From Geosiphon pyriformis uo1 (lineage: Eukaryota > Fungi > Glomeromycota), in contig JAAOMT010000299.1 of assembly GCA_016748015.1 (NCBI GenBank), forward strand, positions 843,090 through 907,089: a stretch of DNA of 64,000 nucleotides. The letters are read 5' to 3'. A model generated the notes under the pieces. That model did no database searches. It saw only the letters and a program-made list of their open reading frames with translations, and was not told the origin of the DNA. The translations under genes and the position numbers were made by a program. The first letter of the stretch is position 1, and the number at the start of each line of letters is the position of its first letter. Positions 13,035 to 24,869 of this stretch are shown piece after piece.

Positions 13035-15189
13035 TGGTGCTTCCTATCAGATATAATTTAACAGAGAACCAGCACCAATATCAACTGTTTAAAAAAGTAA
13101 CAGACCAAGAAATTATAGAAAAAAATTATTTAGAATTTGTAAAATTCTTATTTCAATATTATTAAATTCACTTTGGACTAATAAGTAACTATTGGCCAGC
13201 AGAATCAGCTTTCAATTCTACATTAATGAAAAAATTAATCCTACTTGGGAGACCAAAAAAATTCAGAAGCCACCCTCAACAATTTCTACAGTAAATTATT
13301 CCAAAGCATTACACTTTTACTAAATTATTTAGTTATATTACTAATTACAGAAATAAACAGAGAAATTGAAAAATACATCTAATAAAGATTTTTTATTATC
13401 TTTGTAAACAAAAAAAAATTACAAACACCAACAGAAACATCAAAAAAAATACAACCACTTATTTGGAAGAAACCAAGAGTTATTTTATTTATTTATTTAT
13501 TATATTACTATATATTAGAAAGTACTATATACATACTATTAGAATTTGCAATAACATTAACTATAAAAATACTATTATTCTAAGTTCTTCTAAAATAATC
13601 AAAAAAAAGCCAAATTATTAGAGATTTATGGTGATTACTTTGAAAGATTTAAATTGTAATCAACAATACCATTAGAACTTTGATTACTACCATTTCAACC
13701 AAATTTTGGATTTACTAGTTATTAAAAAGACACCAAATTAGAAAAAAAAAAAAACAGCAATTAGAAAAATAATAATTAAAATCTAATCTCAAATAACCTA
13801 AAAATACAAACTCCAAAAACTCACACAATTCAAACTTCACTTTTATTATTCAACAAAACTTACCTTTAATAATCATGATTAATTTACCAGTTGTATTAAT
13901 TGCTGCACTACAATAATAGTCTTAACAACAACTTTAATAACAATCACAACAACCACAACTTGCATCAATAGCATACACATTCATTATTAAACTCAAAAAA
14001 TTTATTAGTAAAAAGGACAATGTCTAAGCATAGTTAAATAATATAGCCAAAGCAATTACAGTCAATAACTGAAACAATATTAGAGCTCTTTAAACTATTT
14101 TCTATTTCTTACAAAATACTGCCAACTCGTAATATTAGAATTTAGTCAACAAGTCACAAATTTTTAACACATTTAAAACCATGTTTCTACAATATTTCAG
14201 CAATCACAACAGCATTAATTATCTGTTAACTAGTTTTATTATCATTAAACAGAATAACACAAAAGCAGTCACTACTTACTTGGAACACTTTCACAAGAAT
14301 TTGCATCAAATTTAGACTATTCAAGCTGATTACTTTACAACAGCACAGATTTTAAATCAGTTTATTTGTAAATTATGTGGTAGCTTGTTATAATGAGTAT
14401 GTTCCATATACTCAAATACTTTCTAAAACACAGTCACATATGCCAAAAATTTTAAATTAGCCAAACTCAAAGCCAACTATATCCAAGCCATAAATCTAGT
14501 AATAAACAAATTATCTGAATTAGATTTTAAGTTAAAACAATTTAGTAACTCTATTAACCAGAAAATCAAAAAATCTTTAATTAACAATTAAACAATCTAT
14601 TAACCTCTTTAATGTTGTAATAATCTAAAAAACTTCAATTATTTTCAAAATCAATTACATTTATTATTCTTATCAGCCAATTAATTATGACAGCAAAAGA
14701 TGCATATTTGCCACTATTGTAGTAAATAAAAACACTTAAAATTAAACTGTCACTCAAAATTAAATAATTAACAATTGAAAAATCAATCTAAAAACACCAA
14801 TTGTTAGTTCCAAACTCCAAATTATATCCAAAATTAGAAACAATACCAATCCTATTATGTATCAATGATGCAATAACCAATATATATATCTTCTGTTTAT
14901 CAAACTTCAGCTTTAGTAATCTATTAACCACAGCCACAAGTAATTTATCAATCCCAACAAATTTAAATACCACATTAAATTACTGTATTAATACCAATTA
15001 GAAATTTTAGACTGAAAATTATTTATATCCAGCAGAATTAAAAATTGGCAATAATAATGTACCAACTAATTCTCAATTTTTTAAACCAGCTATCAAAATC
15101 ACACCAGTGAAATTTGAGAAGTGAATATATTCAAAACCCAAATTTCCAGAACTATTTAAGTTATTTGGCTATAACAAAAAACAACTCAT
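13035..15189 (+). pseudogene. Element G PBS and gag; the element continues as PR at 47715-48378
   Basis: PBS TGGTGCTTCCT, collinear with the gag of A1 and F, CHYCSK..H...C knuckle. It is cut at 15190 and resumes in register at 47715. Confidence 0.85.
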
Positions 15190-15353
15190 TGTTATTCATA
15201 AAAATTAAGAATATTATATTTAGAAAAATAGCCAATCAGAAATAGACATAGTAACAAAAGAATTCCAAAATTTCTCTAAAAGAATTGCAGGATTCCAAAA
15301 TTCCAGAATTTCAAGATTTCTCTAAAGAAATTGCAGAATTCCAGGAATCTTAT

Positions 15354-16299
15354 TGTTACTAGAGGTTTTTGGTCTTTTTTCTTGAATGTTGTTAATGTTA
15401 ATTTGCTGTGAATTCACGTTTTTAAGAAGTAGTTGGACCTCCAGTAACTGAATTTATCTTCAAATTATCTCCTATAATTTGAACCACTGGGCTTATAAGT
15501 GGAATGGCCAATTTTTTACCAGTTACTTTATGTAGTTATGTTGTAGTAAATGTCAACTCTTTCCCAGGAATTGCTTGCCTGGAAGCTCACTAAAAATGTG
15601 TAGTTACTTTGCTGTAAAAGTTAACTTTTCTACAAAAATCTTGTCTGTAGGCTACCCTAATAATTATAATAAATAAAATAAAATAAAATAAAAGAAATGT
15701 AAAAGAAATAGAATTATCAAGAGAGTCATTAACAGATTATTGAAATTGGTAGCTAATCAATTTCAAAACGTTAGTTGTGTTAAGAGAATTTTAAGTGCAA
15801 TAATCAAAGGATTTGGGTTTCGAATATTTAATTTTTATTTAAAATATGTAAAAGATGATTTGTTTCAATTAAGATATCTAAAGTAGAATACTATGATAAG
15901 ATACTATAAGAAGATACATTTTCTTGAAAAAAAAAGCTCTTCTTTTATACAACTTGTTGTAGTACTAGTCTTTAAACTTGCAATTTTTTCTTTGCTACAA
16001 TTTGGGTAAATTAAAGATATATTTCAGCAAACTGTAAGTTATTTCACTGAACTATTGATTACTTCGGCCAATTTTTATTAATTTTGGCGAATTTTGACTA
16101 TGTTAAATGGTTTAGGGTATTGTGTAATTTGATCATCTTAATTTCTATGGTACAAATCAGATTATTGATTGAGTAATAATATTTAATAATTTGATTAAAT
16201 AATAAGTGATATTCGAAATAATAATAATATATGCTAATTAATAATAGGAATTATGAGAGTAATTTCATGCTAATTAATAGCTAAATTCTACTAGTAACA
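15354..16299 (-). repeat. B 3' LTR
   Basis: Direct repeat of 46007-46975, with an adjacent PPT GAGGAGAAG on the minus strand. Confidence 0.95.
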
Positions 16300-16908
16300 T
16301 AATCTTCTCCTCAAGACTGAGCTCTGTTAAAGTCCAAACACTATCTGTAATGTTAAGATAGTGGTTCAAAATAATTGAAATGATCTGCTCTGAAAATTGT
16401 TGAAATTTCAGTTTTGTGAGCTTTCCAATGTATTGAATTTTCATTGGATGAAGTATTGGGTTTTGTAGGACGTTTTCACAAGTGTTGAATAAATCATAGA
16501 GTTTAAATGCTGCTCTAAGTTTATAGCGAATATTTGTTAGTCTAGTTGCTGTCTTGAATTTATTGTGAATTTGTTTTTGTATAGTCTCAGGAGTGATGTT
16601 GGTTGCTTTAAGTTCCAGTTTTCATTCATAAAGTGGTTTTTCAATATAAAAATATTTATATATAAGAATATGTTTATTGTTCTGTTCATTGAGAAATAAT
16701 AAAAGTTTTTGTTGCATTGTGGCATTTAGTAGAATATCAATAGAGGCAGATAAAAGGTTTTTTTTTAATACTTGCTTCAAAAATTCTGGTAATTGATTTC
16801 CAGAATAACTTTTTGTTTTTCTTCTAGGAGTGATAATTCTGAGAATTATTTACTATTGGGACTGTGGTTTCTTTCTGAATATAATTAATTTGATTTTCAT
16901 TAATTGTT
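16300..16908 (-). pseudogene. B ORF3, C-terminal part; the N-terminal part probably lies at ~38705-38900
   Basis: Minus-strand frame YKYFYIEKPLYE*KLEL...RAAFKLYDLFNTCENVLQNPILHPMKIQYIGKLTKLKFQQF, which aligns with ORF3 of A1 and F. Confidence 0.6.
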
Positions 16909-16912
16909 ATAG

Positions 16913-17816
16913 TGTTATAAGTAATTATTTGAAGTCTTAAATCAAATAACAAAACCTGTAACTTGGTGCTCAGAAGCTATTCATGATGATGGTAATCTGA
17001 AGATATTGTTATCTGAAGGTTTTGGTTGAGTCCTTTGTATAATAGACAGAAATTCAATAGTTGTTTATCTATAGCTTCTCAGAATTGCAATTCTGTCAAT
17101 TTCTTTCTTCAGCTTGATGGCTGGTACTCCTCTGGTAAGTAATCCGTAATTTTTTTACATGCTTTATCTACTTGCAGAGATCTTTTACCAGGCAATTCTT
17201 GATGTCAATAATTTAGCACTTTAATTTTTTTAATCAATTAGTACACAACAATAAAAAAATAACAAAAAGAAAATAAAAAAAATAAAAGAAAATAAAAAAA
17301 TAAGCCAAGACAATAAAAGTTAGTATTCTATTAATAGCCATAATCAAGAGCCATAATTAAGAGCTATTGTTTTAGTGTGGTTAAGTATCAATTACTATCA
17401 ACATAAAATGTTGATAGTAAAGAGTGGATTTGAGATAATAAATAATTATTTATTAATAGTTGTGATGTGGAAGGTTGTTTAGATCAAATCTAAACTGAGA
17501 GGTCTGTTTTTTTTCTTTTAATGCTACTACTATATATACATAATTGATGTTTTATGAAATCACTCATATTTTCGAGTAATGTGCTATGATTTCTTGAGCA
17601 ATGCTCATATTGCTGAGCAATGTGCCCTAATTTTCTAATATTGGTCTACATTGCTGAGCAATATGCCATGATTTCTGATATTGCTCTACATTGCTGAGCA
17701 GTGTGTCATGATTTCTGACATTGCTCCACATTGCTGAGCAATATACTTACGTGCTAACTATTACTCTCTTATTGGTCTACTATTTTTTTTATATCTGTTT
17801 TCTTTTATAAGTAACA
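16913..17816 (-). repeat. C 3' LTR
   Basis: Matches 36955-38700 once insertion D is removed. Confidence 0.93.
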
Positions 17817-17839
17817 TTATTTCCTCCTTTTAATATTAA

Positions 17840-18420
17840 GCTCTGTCAAAATTCTTATTTTGAATTATGTCAAATACTTTTTTTTCAAGTAGTGCCTGTT
17901 TTACTTTATTCTTTATTTCTTCAATCTGTAAGTTGTTTATTTTTCCCCATTGGTTTATGGTTATAGTTTCTATATTAGAGTGTAACAGTACTTTTGGGTA
18001 GTTTTGAAATATAGTGTGTAGTTAATAAATAGTCTTGATATGTAATTATCTCTTGATTGAAAATTTTCTTGGGTTTGTTGAGATATAACTTTTAAATATC
18101 TACTTTTTGTCCCAGTTGATAATAGCAATATGGTATTGGAAATTGGTCTATCTATTTGTTCCAATTTTTTTTGTCAGTTTTTCTGTTAGAACTATGATAG
18201 TTATCTTTTCAAAAGTGTTCTTTATTTTCTCCACTATTCTATCTGACCAGTTTGTTGATTGTTTCTGTGGTCACTAGTATAGTGTACTTTTCTCTTTTTG
18301 TTTGGTGTTTTGATAACAGATTGTTTGGCTGTTGATGATAATTTCTATGTTTATTTGCTATTGACTTAAAGCCTAAAACAATTGTTGAGCTAAAGTGTGA
18401 ATATGGTCTGGTATTTTCAT
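17840..18420 (-). pseudogene. C ORF3
   Basis: MKIPDHIHTLAQQLF...FPIPYCYYQLGQK...; close to ORF3 of F. Confidence 0.65.
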
Positions 18421-19058
18421 TTTTCTTTGTTGCTTTTGCCATGTATATTGGGTTTTTATATACTTTTTTGGTTGTTCAATTTGACATGTATAGTTCAATA
18501 ACTATGATTGATTCCAAATCTTGTGAAATCTCATCTGGTTAAACTAGTAGTCTCTGTATTCCTAATTGTGGAATATTATTGGTAAATGGTGACATTATAT
18601 GGTAATATGGTTTCAGTCAATCATTATGTGCTGTTTTGTCTAAAATTTTGTTGTTCTATCTTAATTTATAAGCTCCATTTCCTAGAATTTCTTCTATGTG
18701 AAATGGTCTGTTCTATTTGGGATCAAATTTTCCACTTCATTGTTTTTCTGCTTTGATATGATGTAGAAGTACTTTGTCTCCAATCTTGAATTCAACTGGT
18801 TTATCTGGTAGTTGGTTATTGTGCCTTTTTTTTTGTTTTTCTTGTGACTTTTGTATGTTATTAGCTGCTCTTCATTATTTGTTTTCTAGAGTTTCCATTA
18901 AGTTGTATGTTCTTTTTAGCAATGTTTTCTGAAAATTGTTTTCAGTTATTGGTTCTATTAGATATGTGTTGACTTCTATTTTGATTGGTAATATTGCTGT
19001 CCTATCATATATTAATTCAAATGGTATTGCTTGTGTAGTGTCTTGCTTTATTGTCCGA

Positions 19059-19916
19059 TGTTATTTATAAAGAAAACAGATATAGAAAAAATAGTAGACT
19101 AATAGAAAAGTAGTAATTAGCATGTAAGCACATTGCTCAGCAAGGTAGAGCAATATCAGAAATCATGGCACATTGCTTAGCAATATAGAGCAATATCAGA
19201 AATTACAGCACATTGCTCAGCAATACGGAACAATGTCAAGAAAATATGGCATATTGCTTGAAAAATTATAGCACATTGCTCAAGAATATGAGCAATCTCA
19301 TAGAACCAAATTATGTATATATAGTGATAGCATTAGAAGTAGAAAAGACAGATTTCTTAGCTTAGATTTCATTTAAGCAACCTTCTAATTTACAAATATC
19401 AATAAATAATTATTTGCTATCTCAATCTACTCTCCACTATCAACACTTCATGTTGATAGTAATTGATACCTAACCATACTGGAACAATAGCTCTTGATCA
19501 CAGCTATTGATAGAATATTAACTTGCAATTGTTTTTGTTTATTTTCTTTTATTTTCTTTTATTTCTTTGTTTTACTAATTGATTAGAGAATAAGTGCTAA
19601 GTTATTGACATCAAGAATAGCCTGGTAAAAGACCCCAAAAGAAGGGTATAAGATTTATATATATTAATGGATAGCTTCCCAAAAAAGCATCTCTGTCAGA
19701 TTACCAGCCACCATGCTGAGAAAGAAATTCGATGGAATTGCAATTCCGAGAGGCTACTGGAAAGACAACAATTGAATCTTTGTCCATTATACAAAAGACT
19801 CCACAACAAAACCTTCAGATTAACAAGACTTTCAGAAACCAACATTGATAGAGCAATTGAGCACCAAGTTACAGGTTTGTTATTTGATTAGAGACTCCAA
19901 ATAAACATCTGTAACA
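19059..19916 (+). repeat. F 5' LTR
   Basis: TGTTAT...GTAACA with palindromic U3 repeats. Confidence 0.95.
19128..19290. repeat. ~40-bp U3 tandem repeats with the palindrome CACATTGCT-N-AGCAATGTG (C/F-type LTRs)
   Basis: Also at ~17580-17745, ~28381-28560 and ~38475-38630. Confidence 0.88.
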
Positions 19917-19918
19917 TT

Positions 19919-19934
19919 TGGTGCTTTCTGTGAG
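19919..19934 (+). promoter_or_regulatory. Primer-binding site, consensus TGGTGCTYCCTGTGAG (also 3046, 13035 and 50882 on +; 36952, 46004 and 49742 on -)
   Basis: TGG lies 2-6 nt downstream of every 5' LTR. Confidence 0.85.
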
Positions 19935-19978
19935 ATATAATCCTACAAAGAACCAGCATCATCAACAATCATCCAAAA

Positions 19979-22200
19979 GTGGCAGAATCAAAAATCATAA
20001 GGACAAACCATTTAAGATTCGCCAAATCCTTGTTTCAACAGTACAGTCAACAATTAGGATTAAACAATAACCATTTTCTAGCAGAATTAGCCTTTAACTT
20101 CTATGTCAATAATAAAATTACAAATTGCTTAGAAGGAACAGTTAACATTAAATCAGCAAAAGAAAACTTCTATACAAAATTATTTTAACATATTAGCTTA
20201 CCAAAAAACTACAGTTTCATACCAATTATTAGGGAAATCAATCAAATCATTGAAAGATATACACAACAACAATTCCTCATCACCTATACAGACAAAGGCA
20301 AAAGAAGATTGCAAACTCCAGCAGTAACACCAATACAAATACAACCACCCAATTAGAAGAAAACCTGAATTAAATAACCTACCAATCTATCATACCATTA
20401 TATATCTAGAAGTGCCATCAACATCTCATCAACAGACATGTCCACATCAAATATGACATCAACTTTTGGACACTTTCTATTTCAAAATAAACAAAGAAAA
20501 GCAGAGTTATTAGGACCATATGGCAATTACTTTGAAGGATTTAAATCGTAATTGCCAATGCCATCAGGATTCTGATCACTACCACCTCAACCAGATTTTG
20601 GAAACACAAGTCTCTGGGAGATAACGAAATCAGAAAAGGAAGAAAAAAAGAAGCCAAAGATTAAGAATTTACTTACCAGAAATCAATTTCAGAAAATTCG
20701 GACATTGAAACCCCAAACTTTCAGATTCAGCAAGATTTTAATTTAGAAAATCCGGAAATCAAAACTCCAAACTTTCAAACTTCTTAAAACCCAAACAATA
20801 CAAACTCTGAAACAATTAATCAACAAAACTTACCTCCAGTAATCATCATCAATCAACCACCAATTGAACCAATTATTGAACTGACTCAACAGCAGCCACT
20901 TCAACCATCTCAACAACCACAGCAGCCACTTTAACAGCTGCAACAACAACTTCAACAACCAAACCTAGATCCAATGGTCTATGCACCCATAGCAAAACTC
21001 AAGAAATTCACTGGCAAAGAAGATGATGCCCAGATCTGGCTCAATAATGTTGAAAAAGCCATTACAGCCAACGGATGGAACAATACAAGAGCACTCCAAG
21101 CCATCCCCTATTTCTTACAGGATATTACCAACTTGTGGTATCAAAGTTTAGTCGCCAAATTTCAGACATTTCAGAAATTCAAAGTTGCATTTCTGGGATA
21201 TTTCAGTAATAATAACAATATTAATTGTTTAGTCAACATTTTTACCACCATCAAACAAAGAGAAAATGAAGTAGTCACTACTTACTTAGGATGTTTTCAC
21301 AGAAATCTGCACCAAATCCAGGCCATACAGGCTGATTATTTTACAGTGTCACAAATTGTAAATCAATTTATTAGAGGCCTGTACAGTAGCATCCTCCAAC
21401 AAGTGTGTCCAATGCATTTAGCAGACCTTCAAGCCGCAGTTACAAATGCCAGAGATTTTGAAGCAGCTGAACTCAAAGCTAATCATGCCCAAGCTGTTAA
21501 TTTAGTAATGAATGGATCATCTGAATTGGATTCCAAATTGAAACAATTTAGTGATTCCATCAATCAGAAATTAGAGAGATACTTAGCTGACAATCGCGCA
21601 ATTTATCAACCACCACAATGATGCAATAATTCTGGAAACATGAATTGTTTCCAGAATCAATCACATCCAACATTTTTGACCAATCAACAGTGGCAGCAGG
21701 AGACGCATGCTTGTCACTATTGTGGTAAACAAGGACATTTACAGTTTGAATGCCATAAACGGCTAAGTGAATAAAGATCAGATTAGCAGTATCAAAACTC
21801 CAATTGCTGACTACAAACTCAGAATTACATCAGTAATCAATTACCAGAACTGTATTAACCAAATTACCTACCTATGACACAACAGCCAATCTATCAACCA
21901 CCAATTTATCAGCCAACAACACCCATCAGTTATTAACTACAGCCCCAACTCATTTATCAGCTGCAGCCTCAGGTAATTTATCAGCCCCAACAAATTCAAA
22001 CACCACCATAGAACTTACCTCAAAATTGAATCCAAAGACTGAGATTGACCCAACAAAGCTGAAGATTATTGATGGTAGTCCATCAACCAATCCCCAGTTT
22101 CTCAAACCAGCCATTAAGATTGCGACAACAGAATTCAGGCACTAGAAACTTCCAAAACCCAAATTTCTAGAACTATTTAAGTCTCCTGGTTATTTCAAAA
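19979..22200 (+). pseudogene. gag: F gag (N-terminal extension, capsid 20974-21620, CHYCGKQGHLQFEC zinc knuckle, Q/P-rich tail)
   Basis: Retrotransposon capsid-like KFTG..DDAQIWL...AIPYFLQ..., and a CX2CX4HX4C knuckle at ~21712-21753. Confidence 0.9.
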
Positions 22201-22369
22201 GACACTCAACTTAATAACCCAGAAACCAACCAACACCCAACACTTACCAGCAACATTCTGCCAGCTACCATCACCGAGAATGAATCACTAAATGCCATCT
22301 TCCCATTTGAACTTGAAAAACTGTCAACCATGCCATTATTTAGTGGAGCCACTTTGGAAGAAAAACCTA

Positions 22370-22760
22370 TTACTGCCATGTATACTGATGCCAAAGTTGA
22401 TAACCACTTCATTAAACTAATCCTAGACAGTGGATTAGCCAGCAGCATTATTACAAGACAATTTATGAACCAATTAAGTCACTGAGTTGATCACGTTGCC
22501 AGTACCAAAATCATAACCACCAATAAAGCAACCAAAACTTCCATTAATAAGATTGACAACTTTTCTATCGAAGTCAATGGTATTATTGTCTTAATCAAAA
22601 TACTGGTCATAGAAGCCACCCAATATTAAGCACTCATTGGTAATGATTGACTATCCAAAACCAACATGTTGCTTGATTAGAACACGCAAGAGCTTCAAAT
22701 TAGCCAGAACGGTCAGCATACACATATACCAACCACATGTGGCCATTTCAAGACCACCAA
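22370..22760 (+). pseudogene. F aspartic protease domain
   Basis: ILDSG active site and LIGND(W)L motif, in frame with gag. Confidence 0.9.
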
Positions 22761-23079
22761 CTTGACAACCTCACTCATCGAATTTGAAGAAGAAAAAGAG
22801 AAACCTATCTAGAAAGCTTATCAAGTGTTCTGGGCCAATGAAGATCACAACAAACTACTGCCTATATTCTTCTGGGATGACAATAACAAAGGAAAACAGA
22901 AGAAGACCAAACTTATCTAAAATACTGACCAAGCCTGAAAAACTGACAACAATCAGGATGAACTAACTTGGGAGTGGAAAAAAAATAGTAATGAAGAAAA
23001 GAGAAAAGAGAAGGAAAAGGAAACAACACCCATCAACAGTATTTATAGTCCATATATTTACACTTTACCATGGCCATCT

Positions 23080-23740
23080 GGCTATTGTCAACCAAAATTG
23101 GTATGTGTTGATTGTGACAAGAAATTGTCATCAATGGGCATATGCTGTGGCAACAATGAGGAATACTCCACCACCACAAGATTCTACTGCTGCTCATGCA
23201 TCATAGAGTGCTTTGGATGACCAAAACAACAAGGAAAGTGGAATAACCAATCTTGTCTCACATGTAGAACTATTTTACCTGATAAAGGAATGTGAAATAA
23301 CATTCCTGAGCATGGAGAAACATGCAATGAGACATATCAGTACACCATCCTGATAAACAACTGGGTATGTAAGGGAACACCAATTGACAATGCCTGGAAA
23401 AGAGCATTGCGACAATTAGAAGGATATTCCCATAACAAACATGAACTCTGGAGAATGGCATATGCAAAAACAGAAGACACAACAACCAGTGAACTACTAG
23501 AAATAAAAAACAACCCTCTGTCTCTTTCTGAACCCAAATATGTCCAAACTTTCAATGTCTTTAGCAATATTGAAGACAATCCTGAAGAATTCCATAAACA
23601 TTATCAATGATTAGCACCCACCAGAGAAGAACAAAAACAGCATTTGAAGCAGTTGAATACTTGATTATGTCAACATTGCTTAATTCTCTGTAACTTTTAA
23701 TATTGTAATGAGTGTGATCTCATTTACAATCCACCACCAC
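23080..23740 (+). pseudogene. F Cys-rich (multi-CxxC) domain of unknown function
   Basis: CVDC, YCCSC, CLTC, C..T.QY, CQHC..C..QYCNEC. Also present in A1, C and divergent B. Confidence 0.7.
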
Positions 23741-23954
23741 GCATGATCTACACAATTTCAGAAAAAGAACCAATTAGTAGCTGTGTATTGGAATCGGAAT
23801 CAGTTTTCAATCCCGATTCAAACTCTAACAATGATGACAATGAAAACACCAGTTTCAGCTCCACTCAATATGGCAACAAAAATATCAACAATTCAGACTC
23901 TAATTCAAACCTTAAAATATACATTGCACTTCCTGATCTCTCTAAAGAGCAGGA

Positions 23955-24365
23955 ATAATGAAGATATCATGCCAGAATGTGCACATGATACTGATGCAAG
24001 GTTTGATCTAAGATATTTGGGAAAAGAAGTCATCAAATTGGAACCAAATTCATGCACATGTATTGATCTCAAAATAGCTCTGGAAATTCCAGCAACAATC
24101 ATAGTTCAATTAGTATCTAAAAGTAGTTTAGTGAAAAAAAGAATCAACATCAGAGGAGGAATAATTGATGTAAGATACATAGGAAATATTATTACCATGT
24201 TACAAAATAACTTAGGAAAGGCCTATATTATAGAGCCAAATGAAAAGATAGCATAAGCAATATTCTTACCTCTGGTGAAAATAGCTCAGTTAGTTTCAGT
24301 GAAAAAAAAAAAAGAACTAGGTATGACAGCAAGAAGAATACAGGGATTTGGATTAATGGGTAAAA
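23955..24365 (+). pseudogene. dut: F dUTPase domain within pol
   Basis: All five dUTPase motifs are recognisable: DA(G)FDL, (R)SS, GGIID..Y.G, EKIA(Q), R(G).QGFG. Confidence 0.92.
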
Positions 24366-24869
24366 TAGATATACCAGTTAATATGGCAGAGGAAGAGGTT
24401 ATTAACAAAGGAGAAATTATCTCAACCCGTCAATTAATTTCTATTCTACCATATAACCAGTATATGTTAGCCATAAAAAAGGAAGTAAAAGATCAAGCTC
24501 AATTGTTTGAAGCAGAAGCCACTATTTGTGAATCAAAAGAAATTGGACTCACTAATCTGTACATATCAGCCAAAAGCCCCAAAAACATCAAAATTCTCAT
24601 CTACAACACAATGGGGAATGTCATCAAAATACTAAAAGAAACCATCATTGAGTATTTAACTACCAATGTTGAGGATCAACCACCAAACCACATTCCAGAT
24701 TTTCCACAGCTTTGTGGATATATGGACATTACATCACAAACTATCTATAAACAAAGTGAATGTTATCTGCTCCAACCAGAACAATTGGAACAGATAAACA
24801 TGAGAAATCTAGATCCACTCCAACAGATGCAACTAAGGATACTACTTAGCAATTTTAATAATATCTTTG

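Noticed and set aside
19128-19290. CRISPR-like array of palindromic repeats
   Set aside because: The intervening sequences are themselves repeats, the array lies in LTR U3 and is duplicated in sister LTRs, and there are no cas genes in this eukaryotic context.
23945-23960. Programmed frameshift before the dUTPase in F
   Set aside because: Comparison with C shows a copy-specific ~20-nt deletion. gag and PR are in one frame.
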